Shown here piece after piece: positions 1 to 8,986 of a stretch of DNA of 32,000 nt; within the stretch, counting starts at the first letter, position 1, and each line of letters begins with the position of its first letter. The translations under genes were made by a program, and so were the position numbers. The notes below the pieces were generated by a model, which was not told the origin of the DNA, made no database searches, and saw only the letters and a program-made list of their open reading frames with translations. The stretch is from Pirellula staleyi DSM 6068. GTDB lineage: Bacteria > Planctomycetota > Planctomycetia > Pirellulales > Pirellulaceae. The stretch spans positions 5,790,001 through 5,822,000 of the forward strand of contig CP001848.1 in the NCBI GenBank assembly GCA_000025185.1, written 5' to 3'.

Positions 1-94
1 CAATCGCGGAAAGCGGATTGGAAATGCCGCCAGACCAGAATCGGTCCCACAGCTTAGCGATCAGAGCCTTGAGCTTGGCGTTGATTTGCAGCAT
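1..94 (-). CDS. hsdM: Type I R-M methyltransferase subunit (HsdM-like), first 31 codons only; gene runs off the window start
   Basis: Hand translation of the minus strand from ATG at 94-92 gives MLQINAKLKALIAKLWDRFWSGGISNPLSAI, with the frame open to position 1. The LW..FWSGGISNPL stretch matches my recollection of HsdM N-terminal domains. The ATG lies 3 nt after the hsdR stop (98-100). It is too short to appear in the ORF track. Confidence 0.6.
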   Translation of the reverse strand, partial: MLQINAKLKALIAKLWDRFWSGGISNPLSAI

Positions 95-97
95 GAG

Positions 98-2896
98 TTA
101 GGCAACCAGACTTTCGGTAAGGGCGAGGATTTCATTGATTTCTTTGGGCGAGAAGATGCCGCGAATCCCGCTGGGATGAATGACGGTAAACGGGGCTTGG
201 ATCAGGTCTCGCTTCTCGATGCCACCCCGTTCAATCAGAAAATCACGCAGCAACCGCAGGAACTGAAGCTGATGGCTGTTGAGTGTGGGGTGCTCGGCAA
301 TGAACTGATCGATCGACTTGGAAACCGTATCCGGGAAGCTCTCCAGGATTTCAATTCCCAGAATATGGCGGATGAACCGAATGAACGAAGCCCGCTGATG
401 GTGATAGACTCGGCGAAGCAACTGCAACGTGATGTGCGGGTGCTCTTCGTGCAGTTGCGTGGCCAGGTCTTCGGCCTCGTCATCGGTGACGTTCTGGCCG
501 TCGCGAATCTTCTGCAAGATGGGATTGCTGGCGGTCAGTTCGTTGACCTTCTCTTCGACCAGCTTGCGGTACTGGGCAATGCTGAGCGACTCGTGCTCCG
601 GGCCGAACTCCACGTACTCCTTGGCTGTCAGGACGTCGGCAAAGTTGAACTTGGCGGGGCCATCGCTGGAACCTCGCCCATCCCGGTAGTGCATCAGGGG
701 ACCAAGTCGCTTCACGAGATCGTCGAACCCTAGATCGGTGATTGTCGCCCAATAGTGATTGGTCTGAGCTTTCTGAATCAGCCCCGCTTCCTGTGCGACG
801 ACATTAACAGAAAGGGGCAATTCACTGACCTGTGCGGTTAGGCTTTCCGTCAGGGCGGCGTACTTCTCCTTTTCGCCCTTGAGCTGTGCGAGAGAGGCTT
901 CGAGCACGTCTTTCTCGAATCGCATCGCTTTGAAATCGACCTGCGAAACAACACGGAACAGCGGTTGGACTGCGTGGCGAAGGAACGCGATGCCATCCGC
1001 TGTCAACGGCAGCCAGAAAGCATCGGCCTCGCATTTCGCCAGATTGGCTTTCGATTCCATGATGGAGACTGATTTGCCCGGCAAAGCTGCGATTTGGCCA
1101 CGAAGGGCGGCGATCTCTTTGTCCGCTACTGACGACTGACCAAGAACCTGAGCGGCTTCAATCTTGTCGATGCGAGCGCCAACCAGTCGAACCGGCAGCG
1201 GAACCTGAGGCTTGGGTTCTTTCCCTTTCGGGGTGAGCTGGAAGTAATCGAAGTTGTCCCAGCAATCGATGATCTGGAAGACATCCTTCTCGGGACACCA
1301 TGCCTTGATTTTGTTGGATTCCAGGAGTCGCGTGCCGCGACCAATCATCTGCCAAAACTTGGTGTACGAGAAAACCGGCTTCGCAAAGACGAGGTTGACG
1401 ATTTCACGAACGTCGATGCCGGTATCGAGCATGTCGACGCTGATCGCCACTCGGGGCATGTCGCTGCGAGTGAACTGGTCCAGCAATCCGCCCTTGCCAT
1501 AGACGCGAGGATCGTCAGAAACCATGACCTTGGCGAGTTCGCCTTTGTATTCCGGATAGAGTGAATCAAAGATGCGTTCGATGCGTCGAGCGTGGGCGAC
1601 CGACATGCAGAAGAAAATCGTCTTGCCGGGAAGAACGCCATTCGGGTCCTTGATGGATTCCTCCATGAACTCCTTCACGATGAGGGCGTTCGTGGCGTGG
1701 TTCGTGACCTTCTTTTCGAGGTCGGTCCCTTCGTAGACGATTTCCTCGATGTCCTTACCTTCGAGGATGAGCCGTTTCTGATCCTCCAGGCTGATGGTGC
1801 GTTTGCTGATGCCTTCGTCCTGGAACTTGGTTTTGATCTTCAGGACACGGAAGTCGCAGAGGTACGGTGGGACGTGATTGATGGCTTCATCGTAGGAAAA
1901 CGCGAAGCTGGGGAGACCGTCCTCGCAGTGGAATACGGCAAACGTGTTGTGGTCGATGACATCGCGAGGCGTTGCTGTCAGACCTAGTATAATTGAATGA
2001 AAGTAATCGAGCACTTCTCCGTACGTGTTGTAAATCGATCGATGGCTTTCATCGACGATGACCATGTCGAAGAAATGCGGCGACAGTGAGTTCTCTTCGT
2101 CCCGCACGATGTTGAGCATCGTTGGATAGGTTGCAACGTAGATGCGGCGATCCGTGGCGATGGACTTCTCCCCCGGCTCCGGCCACCGTGGTTCGTCAGG
2201 TATGTGTTCCTTGAAGGCGTCGAGGGCCTGGCCACGAAGGGCGATACGGTCGACAAGGAAGAGCACTCTTTGAACGTACCCGGCACGCATCAGAGCATCG
2301 ACCAGAGCGATGCAGGTACGGGTCTTTCCAGTTCCGGTTGCCATGACGAGCAGGAACTGGCGGCGGCACTTTGAAATGCCTTCCATCACCGTTCGGATGG
2401 CTTGGATCTGGTAGTCGCGTCCGGCAATATCCTTATTAATTAGCTCATCGACGAGCGGATTCTTGTTCTTCCGAATGTGAAGTAGTCGTTCCAGATCCTG
2501 CCGCGTTGGGAACCCATGAACTAATTGAGGCGGGGCTTCACCGATACTCCAGAAGTAGATTTCGTGACCGTTGGTGTAGAAGCAGAATGGAAGTTCTCCA
2601 CCGTTCCGCCTCTGAATGTTATTGCAATACTGTTTTGCCTGTTCGCGGCCAAGTTCGGCATCCTTCGACGTCCGCTTTGCCTCAACAACCGCTAAAGGTT
2701 TCCCGTTCTTGCCCAGAAGGACATAATCACTGAGCTCGCGAGTACCGAAGGGAACCGAGTCCTCATTAACCTGCATTTCTGAGGCTTTGGCGAGGGTGAA
2801 TTCCTCCACAACCTGTGTGCGATCACGAACGTTCCAACCCGCTTCTTTCAGCCGGTGGTCGATGATCTGCTGTCGGGTTGCGGATTCGTTTGACAT
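98..2896 (-). CDS. hsdR: Type I restriction enzyme R subunit (HsdR-family nuclease/DEAD-DEAH helicase) with EcoEI-R-type C-terminal region
   Basis: 932-aa ORF. The N-terminus QQIIDHRLKEAGWNVRD is typical of the HsdR_N nuclease domain. Helicase motif I is MATGTGKTRT, motif II VIVDESHRS and motif III LGLTATP. A long helical C-terminus follows. It is followed directly by the hsdM start. Confidence 0.9.
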   Translation of the reverse strand: MSNESATRQQIIDHRLKEAGWNVRDRTQVVEEFTLAKASEMQVNEDSVPFGTRELSDYVLLGKNGKPLAVVEAKRTSKDAELGREQAKQYCNNIQRRNGGELPFCFYTNGHEIYFWSIGEAPPQLVHGFPTRQDLERLLHIRKNKNPLVDELINKDIAGRDYQIQAIRTVMEGISKCRRQFLLVMATGTGKTRTCIALVDALMRAGYVQRVLFLVDRIALRGQALDAFKEHIPDEPRWPEPGEKSIATDRRIYVATYPTMLNIVRDEENSLSPHFFDMVIVDESHRSIYNTYGEVLDYFHSIILGLTATPRDVIDHNTFAVFHCEDGLPSFAFSYDEAINHVPPYLCDFRVLKIKTKFQDEGISKRTISLEDQKRLILEGKDIEEIVYEGTDLEKKVTNHATNALIVKEFMEESIKDPNGVLPGKTIFFCMSVAHARRIERIFDSLYPEYKGELAKVMVSDDPRVYGKGGLLDQFTRSDMPRVAISVDMLDTGIDVREIVNLVFAKPVFSYTKFWQMIGRGTRLLESNKIKAWCPEKDVFQIIDCWDNFDYFQLTPKGKEPKPQVPLPVRLVGARIDKIEAAQVLGQSSVADKEIAALRGQIAALPGKSVSIMESKANLAKCEADAFWLPLTADGIAFLRHAVQPLFRVVSQVDFKAMRFEKDVLEASLAQLKGEKEKYAALTESLTAQVSELPLSVNVVAQEAGLIQKAQTNHYWATITDLGFDDLVKRLGPLMHYRDGRGSSDGPAKFNFADVLTAKEYVEFGPEHESLSIAQYRKLVEEKVNELTASNPILQKIRDGQNVTDDEAEDLATQLHEEHPHITLQLLRRVYHHQRASFIRFIRHILGIEILESFPDTVSKSIDQFIAEHPTLNSHQLQFLRLLRDFLIERGGIEKRDLIQAPFTVIHPSGIRGIFSPKEINEILALTESLVA

Positions 2897-2974
2897 TGTT
2901 GTTAATCAGCACTGTCAGGGAACTGAAAATTTCAGGGACACATGGAACAGACTTAGCGTTCGGATTCAGGTGTG

Positions 2975-3157
2975 TCATCTGTTGGCGTGACGCAGAAGTC
3001 GAGTCAGATCCTCTTTCTTGTACAGACGGTAATTGTTGACGGGATGTCGGTGTTCAATGATCCTTCCGTCGCGGCCCCAGTTGCGGAGTGTGTTCGGTGA
3101 AACGCCGAGGTATTCGGAGGCTTCCTTGATTCGCAGGTACTCGTCGAGTTTTTCCAT
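2975..3157 (-). CDS. Small MerR/excisionase-type helix-turn-helix DNA-binding protein
   Basis: 60-aa ORF. LRIKEASEYLGVSPNTLRNWGRDGRI..YRLYKKEDL is the classic HTH_17/excisionase-family pattern. It sits 78 nt upstream of hsdR on the same strand. Confidence 0.75.
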   Translation of the reverse strand: MEKLDEYLRIKEASEYLGVSPNTLRNWGRDGRIIEHRHPVNNYRLYKKEDLTRLLRHANR

Positions 3158-3776
3158 CGACAGTCCTCCCCGGACGGTTGGGTGTTGCGACAGAGGCCAT
3201 AACCTTCGTCAACCTTACCAAATACCCCTTTAGGTACAATCGGCCGGGGCATCTGTTTCTGCGGAAAAAGTGAATCCAGTTGGTTTTTAGTCTCGAAGTC
3301 CAACGCAATCGACTGGGCAGCAGGGAAACTCTGGCACGAGCGCCATCGTAGCCAGTGACGACGCACTCGAAATTCAGCCATTCACTTCGAATCACGTCGG
3401 CTTGATCTTGTCTGTTCGCGAAGAGTGGACATTCGAAGAGAACGATTCGCGAACGGAGTTCACTGCTGGGGCAGACCGGCTACCATTCGGCGCATGGAAT
3501 GGGCGATTGATTCAGTGATCCTCGGGGCATCTGCCACTTTCGTTGAATGCCCGAACTTGGGGAATCGAGTTCCGTGTCATGTTGTGGCAAGGTGCGGTCG
3601 CGAGATGAAGTAGACGCAGGCCACTGCGGGGACGCGAACTCTGTAAGTGACGATCTTCGGTTTGAGCGATGCGATTAGCTCCATGATCAAGTCTACTCTA
3701 GCCCAGCTCATTCGACGCTTTGCGGGGTAGAGGGAGCAGTGGTGGCTGTTTCTTTCTGCTGCTTAGGAGCCTACGA

Positions 3777-4322
3777 ATGTTGCGTGCGAATGTTGGACTT
3801 TCGCGAAAAGTTTCGCGTGATTTTCAGTCGACCGGTTACTCGATCAATCTCGATGGGGAAATTCTCTTCTCGGTCGATGATCCCGAAGCAGTGCTCGGGA
3901 AAGTGCAAGAGTTGTTCGGACTCGCTCAGGAAGCACTCGATCGGGAAGTGGATCGTGACCAAAGCGAATCTGCGATCGGCAGACGCGATGAAGAGCGTCA
4001 ACCTCTCCCACCACCGGAAGCTCCACCTCGGCTTCCACCAAGTGCTGTCAGCAGTTCCAAAGCGAACCATTCGTCGGCTGCTAGTTCGACCCGTGAGGCA
4101 GCACCTCAGGCTTCACGAACAACGGACGAACCGGCAACCAACAAACAGATCCAGTTCATTTTGAACATGGGGAAGCGATTCAAGCTTTCGATGCTGCAGC
4201 TGGAAGCTCGTGTGGGTGACATCGTTGGTCGCAAATGCACCGTTTACGAGCTCACCAAGAAGGAAGCAGGACGCGTGCTCAATCAACTTACGCACTCGCA
4301 GCCCGTTTCGCAATCTGCCTAA
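3777..4322 (+). CDS. Hypothetical protein with Pro/Ser-rich central linker
   Basis: The ORF track frame runs 3720-4322. I prefer ATG 3777 because AGGAG (3765-3769) lies 7 nt upstream. The C-terminal ATNKQIQFILNMGK...ELTKKEAGRVLNQL resembles short helical DNA-associated modules, but I cannot name a family. Confidence 0.5.
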   Translation: MLRANVGLSRKVSRDFQSTGYSINLDGEILFSVDDPEAVLGKVQELFGLAQEALDREVDRDQSESAIGRRDEERQPLPPPEAPPRLPPSAVSSSKANHSSAASSTREAAPQASRTTDEPATNKQIQFILNMGKRFKLSMLQLEARVGDIVGRKCTVYELTKKEAGRVLNQLTHSQPVSQSA

Positions 4323-4502
4323 CTGACTGACAGTGATTTCTCGCGTCAGCTCGTTCACCTCGCAGTGTCTTCCAAGGTCGCTAACCTATCGATCGGTAGC
4401 GACCACTTTCTTCGATTGCTCCTTGCTTTCCGATCGCTGGGCAACTTGTGTTTGTTGCTCAAGTAGCGGGGAATCTTGCACATCTAACTTAAGGGGAGCT
4501 TC

Positions 4503-5333
4503 ATGCATTGGCGTCCTCACTGGAGCTATAGCGCGATCAGCCAGTATTTGACTTGTCCGCTACGCTACTACTTTCAGCGAATCCTTTGCCTTCCGCAGCC
4601 TTCCATCAGTGCCAGCCTTATTTTTGGCTCCACGGTGCACGAAGTTCTGGCGGATTACCATCGATCGATTGTGAAGACCGAAACGAACTCGGTGGAATTC
4701 TATCGTGATCGATTTCGAAAAGCTTGGATTCGCCGAGAAAATGAGTCCGAAGTGACCTACAAAGCTGGCGAAAACACAAGCGATCTCATGGACCAGGGAA
4801 TTGCGTTGGTCGAACTCTATCTGCAGGAAAAACCTCCCGAAGGAATTGTTGCCATCGAGGAAGAAATTCTCTGCCCAGTGCACAACAGTAAGGGTGAGTA
4901 TCTGGAAAAACCTCTGCTCGCCGTTGCTGATCTGATTACTCGAAAGCAAGATGAACTAACGATTCAGGAATTCAAGACTTCGGGACGTGCTTACTAGGAA
5001 AGTGAAACCGAATCATCGCTTCAGCCCACCTGTTACGTGAATGCAGTGCAAGAGCGGTACGGAATCCTGGCGAAGGTGCAGTACACGGTCCTGGTCAAAA
5101 CCAAGACTCCTAAACTTCAGCACCTGCACACCACGCGTGGTGTGGAAGATCTGGGACGACTGGGCGACATTGTGGAGAATGTCCAGCGAGCCATCGAAGC
5201 GAGTGTGTTCTATCCGGTCGAATCGGCTCTCAACTGCTCAACGTGCCCTTATCGCAGGCAGTGCCGAGCCTGGGGACGAACAGATGCAGCCCACCTCCCT
5301 GAAGTGCTGGAGGCTGAGGCTGTTTCATGCTAG
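4503..5333 (+). pseudogene. Cas4/RecB-like PD-(D/E)XK nuclease with Cys cluster, interrupted by a single in-frame TAG at 4995-4997
   Basis: ORFs 4503-4997 and 5037-5333 are in the same frame (both coordinates are divisible by 3), separated by only one stop. Motifs span the break: YLTCPLRYYF (N-terminal Cys), ADLI...IQEFKTS (D...ExK), then TAG, then QPTCY (QxxxY) and CSTCPYRRQC (CxxCx5C). AAGGGGAG lies 4 nt upstream of ATG 4503. Confidence 0.7.
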
Positions 5334-6142
5334 CCGAACTGCATCGCAAGGGTGGATGTCTCTGCCAGCCAGCTCGCGAAGGCGCCCTGCACTGTCCACT
5401 CATCATTCGCCCTACGAGCGAAGATGTGATTACGGACCATCTGGTGCAGGTGATGCGAACCATCAATCCACGCTGGTGGCTACCTGACTTCTTGAATTCG
5501 GCGCTCGGAGCCCCAGCCGTTCACCCCCAGCAGTTTCGTAACCTTCGCATCGAGCCGTGGGTGAATAAGCCGACTTTCCCCAGGGACCTATTGCACTGGG
5601 ACGAAGGGAGCACGCAAGTCGACATCGTGATCACGTGGGAGAACCCAGCGACAACCGTGTATGTCGAGATGAAATATTGGAGTGAGTTATCGGCTCGCAC
5701 GGCAGAGAATCGTGGCGAGCATGGATTTGCATCGGACCAATTGGCACGAAACATTCGCGTTGGCTTACTTGAATGTGGCTATTTTGAAGTTCCTCAACTG
5801 TTCGAATTTTCGAAACGAGATTTTCTCCAGCTGGTGATTTCACCGGGAGGAAATCAGAAACTGGTTCAAAAATATCGAGATCCCAGCGAAGTCCGCCAGG
5901 CGATTCCCTATAGCCATCTCATCAAAAAGCTACCGAAATTACCGTTTGTGGGAGAATTGAATTACTTCGATCTGATGAACTTGTTTCAACTTCATCGTCG
6001 CATGTTTTCGCGTGCAGAACGTGTGGTGGCCGACCAGTTCGTGAAGTATCTGGCGATGAAATCAACTCAGAATCCCCGGCGAAAGAATTTGGGGAAATCG
6101 AGTTTCGAACAACTTCCGCTGGTGGAAGACTCGCCAGGGTAG
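5327..6142 (+). CDS. Hypothetical protein, possible PD-(D/E)XK-fold nuclease
   Basis: 271-aa ORF. Its ATG overlaps the upstream stop (ATGCTAG at 5327-5333). QVDIVITWENPATTVYVEMKYW fits a D-x(n)-E-x-K restriction-endonuclease-like core, which is inference only. Confidence 0.5.
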   Translation: MLAELHRKGGCLCQPAREGALHCPLIIRPTSEDVITDHLVQVMRTINPRWWLPDFLNSALGAPAVHPQQFRNLRIEPWVNKPTFPRDLLHWDEGSTQVDIVITWENPATTVYVEMKYWSELSARTAENRGEHGFASDQLARNIRVGLLECGYFEVPQLFEFSKRDFLQLVISPGGNQKLVQKYRDPSEVRQAIPYSHLIKKLPKLPFVGELNYFDLMNLFQLHRRMFSRAERVVADQFVKYLAMKSTQNPRRKNLGKSSFEQLPLVEDSPG

Positions 6143-6184
6143 AGAAGCTGTTGACCACCTTCACACTTTCTCGAGGAACAGCCC

Positions 6185-6451
6185 ATGCCCAAACCGATGA
6201 CCAAGCAATCGCCCCCACCAGCGCCCACTAAAGCGCAACCCATTCATGAGATCCGACTAGGATCTGTCAAAGCAGCCATCTGGGAGAACCGATCCGAGCA
6301 TGGCACTCGCTTCAACGTCACTCTCGTTCGACTCTACAAGGATGAAGATCAGTGGAAGTCGTCCGACAGTTTTGGACGCGATGATCTGCTCCTGCTGGCC
6401 AAGGTAGCCGATCAAGTTCACAGCTGGATTTGTAACCAATTTCAAGCATGA
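6185..6451 (+). CDS. Hypothetical small protein (88 aa)
   Basis: ATG 6185 is preceded by GAGGAA about 6 nt upstream, and codon usage resembles the neighbouring genes. No family recognised. Confidence 0.45.
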   Translation: MPKPMTKQSPPPAPTKAQPIHEIRLGSVKAAIWENRSEHGTRFNVTLVRLYKDEDQWKSSDSFGRDDLLLLAKVADQVHSWICNQFQA

Positions 6452-6569
6452 AAAATCTTGCTGGAGAATCAAAGAATTCCTGGCTCGTGAATTTTGAATT
6501 TCGAGCCAAAAAGATTTGGAATCCAATTTCACAAGAGTGACGACGTGAAATCACGGGAGACCAAAGAAG

Positions 6570-6785
6570 ATGAAGCGACGTCGCTGGCGTGCGATCGAAA
6601 TCAGGCTGCTGTGTGAACGCTACACGATCGAAGGACCAAGGCTACTCGCCGCTCAGTTCGGCCGATCGGTCGACTCGGTAACGAGTTTTGCTCGCCGGAT
6701 CAGGCTCACCACTCCCCGGCAATCGTACCAGCGACGCTCTCGCCGAAAGTCAGCCCGCTGCCATCCTGCGGACGATCTTCACTGA
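6570..6785 (+). CDS. Hypothetical small basic protein, possible helix-turn-helix
   Basis: 71-aa ORF. RWRAIEIRLLCERYTIEGPRLLAAQFGRSVDSVTSFARRIRL follows the W..E..L...Y...G...A..LGRS..SV..RA..L pattern seen in small phage/island HTH proteins. GGGAG lies upstream. Confidence 0.4.
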   Translation: MKRRRWRAIEIRLLCERYTIEGPRLLAAQFGRSVDSVTSFARRIRLTTPRQSYQRRSRRKSARCHPADDLH

Positions 6786-6918
6786 CCCACTGCTGCCAGT
6801 GTGGCTTGCTACGGTGCACCCTTTCACTTGGAATTGAGAAGTCACGACGCGAATCGTGGCGCTCTTGTTTCGAGTGTATTTAGCCTGGTCGCACTTTGAA
6901 GCCACTTGCTCGCAGCTC

Positions 6919-7962
6919 ATGAAAAAGTCTTTGTCCCGCCCGAAACGAGCAGTCCCCTCCGAAGCACCCCAGGGACGCTCGGAGACCGATCGGCGATTAC
7001 GACAGGCTGATCGTTTGGCTCGTATCCTGCGACTTTTGCAGCTACTGCTCAGTCGCGGGCGATGGACTCGCAAGGATCTCGCTTTGGCACAAGAGTGTTC
7101 GGAGCGAACGGTCTATCGAGATCTTCAAGTGCTCGAACTGGCAGGCATTCCGATCCAGCTTGAGCCAGCCGGTTTGTATCGCATTCGGCATGACTTTCGG
7201 TTCCCATCACTTCCGCTGTCAGACGACGAAGCACTTGGACAAGCAGTTGCTTCGGTGATTGCTGCGGGACCAGGGCTCGATGTCACTGCCGGTGCAGCTC
7301 CGGTGACGAAGAAGATCGTAGCTACGGCTGGCGACGAACTCGCGCGGGTGATGCACGATGCCCAACAACTGATTCTTGTCCTCGATCTCAAGCTGGCCGA
7401 TCACTCTCGGCATCGAGAAATTCTCCGAACGATCCAGTGGGGACTCATTCACCGCAAACAATTGTCGGGAAGCTATCGCAGTCCCCACGAAGAACATGCT
7501 GTAACACTGCAACTTCATCCCTATCGACTTTGTCTTATCAAGCAGGCGTGGTACTTGATCGCAGCTAATCGGGATGATGCCACACCTCGCACCTATCGAG
7601 TAGCTCGGTTTCGGACGCTTCGCCAGCTCGAAACATCGGCCCAAGTTCCCGATGGTTTTGATTTGAAAGCCTATTTGGGAAATGCTTGGAGTGTATTTCG
7701 AGGGGATACGTCCTACAAAATCGAAGTTCATTTTGCCAAAGCAGCAGCCCGGCTCGTTACCGAAGGAGTTTGGCACTCGACGCAGAAAATTCAAAAGCAT
7801 CCCAATGGAACGGTTACGCTTAGATTTACAGTCGACGGACTACAAGAGATCCTTCGCTGGATACTCGGCTGGGGAGCCCACGCAGCGGTGATCCAGCCTC
7901 CTGAACTTCGTCAACTGGTGCGCGAGCAGTTAGAGCACACTCTACGCATCTACCAGCCATGA
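6919..7962 (+). CDS. WYL-domain transcriptional regulator (HTH + WYL + C-terminal extension)
   Basis: The HTH is RLARILRLLQLLLSRGRWTRKDLALAQECSERTVYRDLQVLELAGIPI. The WYL-like core is WYLIAANRDDATPRTYRVARFRTL. The track ORF starts at GTG 6856; ATG 6919 is my preferred start and the choice is uncertain. The stop overlaps the next gene's ATG (ATGA at 7959-7962). Confidence 0.85.
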   Translation: MKKSLSRPKRAVPSEAPQGRSETDRRLRQADRLARILRLLQLLLSRGRWTRKDLALAQECSERTVYRDLQVLELAGIPIQLEPAGLYRIRHDFRFPSLPLSDDEALGQAVASVIAAGPGLDVTAGAAPVTKKIVATAGDELARVMHDAQQLILVLDLKLADHSRHREILRTIQWGLIHRKQLSGSYRSPHEEHAVTLQLHPYRLCLIKQAWYLIAANRDDATPRTYRVARFRTLRQLETSAQVPDGFDLKAYLGNAWSVFRGDTSYKIEVHFAKAAARLVTEGVWHSTQKIQKHPNGTVTLRFTVDGLQEILRWILGWGAHAAVIQPPELRQLVREQLEHTLRIYQP

Positions 7963-8798
7963 TCGCCGACCGAGATGCCAATCTGGTGTGTGTTTCCGGT
8001 TATCTACCCACACGCCATCCGCAGCTCTTCGCAGAGTTGTCGGCGATCCTCAGGCGTCATGGCGTGCCTCTGCGAATACTCGCCGGCACGAGAGACATTT
8101 GGGCCAAGGACTACGCTCCCCTGCAAGTCGCAGCTGAGCGATTTGTGCAGTTCACCTATGCCCCCGATTATCTTCAACACCATCCGGAGCTTCGTACCGA
8201 ATTTGATTCTGAGCGAGAACTTCCCGAATGTCTTTCGCTTCAACAGTCCCCCGTCATCATCGATGGTGGGAATGTGGTTAGTTCAGGTTTGAAAGCAATT
8301 CTTACGGACAAGATTTATCGTGAGAATCAAAATTGGAATCGAGATGCACTTCGAAACTATCTTCGAACAATCTTGGAGCTCGACCAGCTTATCATCGTTC
8401 CCAAAGAACCCTACGATCCGATTGGTCACGCGGATGGCATGGTCCGATTCATCGATCGCGATCACGTGCTGATGGCAGACTATGCTGGCATCGACCAACC
8501 TTTCGAGCAGAGACTGCTCAAGGTTTTGGAGCGACATCAACTACAGGTCACCAAGCTCCCAGCGTTGCATGTTCAGGAAGCCACAAGAGGCATTCCTTCG
8601 GCTGTCGGCTGCTATATCAACTTCCTGGTGACATCGCAGGTGCTCGTGGCTCCTGTGTTTGACCATGCGCTAGATACGGTCGCATTCACGACCCTGCAGC
8701 AGGTTTTTCCCGACCTGCCAATCGCTCCCCTCTGCTGCACCGAGCTCGCCCGCGAAGGTGGTGTTTTGAACTGCATCGCGGCATCTTATCGCGTCTGA
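7959..8798 (+). CDS. Agmatine deiminase / Porphyromonas-type peptidylarginine deiminase family protein (guanidino-group modifying enzyme), short form
   Basis: 279 aa. The family landmarks appear in order: IWAKDYAPLQV, IIDGGNVV, DPIGHADGMVRF, GCYINFLV..VLVAPVFD, and C-terminal GGVLNC (catalytic Cys position). Confidence 0.75.
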   Translation: MIADRDANLVCVSGYLPTRHPQLFAELSAILRRHGVPLRILAGTRDIWAKDYAPLQVAAERFVQFTYAPDYLQHHPELRTEFDSERELPECLSLQQSPVIIDGGNVVSSGLKAILTDKIYRENQNWNRDALRNYLRTILELDQLIIVPKEPYDPIGHADGMVRFIDRDHVLMADYAGIDQPFEQRLLKVLERHQLQVTKLPALHVQEATRGIPSAVGCYINFLVTSQVLVAPVFDHALDTVAFTTLQQVFPDLPIAPLCCTELAREGGVLNCIAASYRV

Positions 8799-8986
8799 AT
8801 CTCTTCGGACCGATGCTCTGACGCAATTATGCACCAGTTGAACAATTGCGCGAGTCACGTTCGCGAAACTACTAGGGTGGTGCATCCACGTCCAAAATTT
8901 CGCCCCAGAGAGATAGATAACCACGCGGTATTGAAAGGAGACGAGCCAAATGGTTCCAACCTTCATTAACGGCAGAATCTATTTCA

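Noticed and set aside
86-733. Long plus-strand ORF (215 aa), and many similar ORFs antisense to the large genes: 1592-1987, 7219-7800, 13037-13567, 15926-16489, 22067-22606, 28162-28815, 19478-19828 and 29883-30233.
   Set aside because: Each lies wholly inside a longer opposite-strand ORF that has clear catalytic or domain motifs. Their translations are low-complexity or Arg/Ser/Cys-rich, as expected for shadow frames. No independent evidence of coding was seen.
3577-3684. A 35-codon minus-strand ORF (MELIASLKPKIVTYRVRVPAVACVYFISRPHLATT) that faintly recalls a RelE/HigB-type toxin core, in the 3.16-3.72 kb intergenic region.
   Set aside because: It is too short, it has no antitoxin partner, and the resemblance rests on a YRVRV...VYF pattern only. 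At best it is a degraded remnant, so it is not reported as a feature. The plus-strand ORF 3425-3613 in the same region also has no supporting motif.
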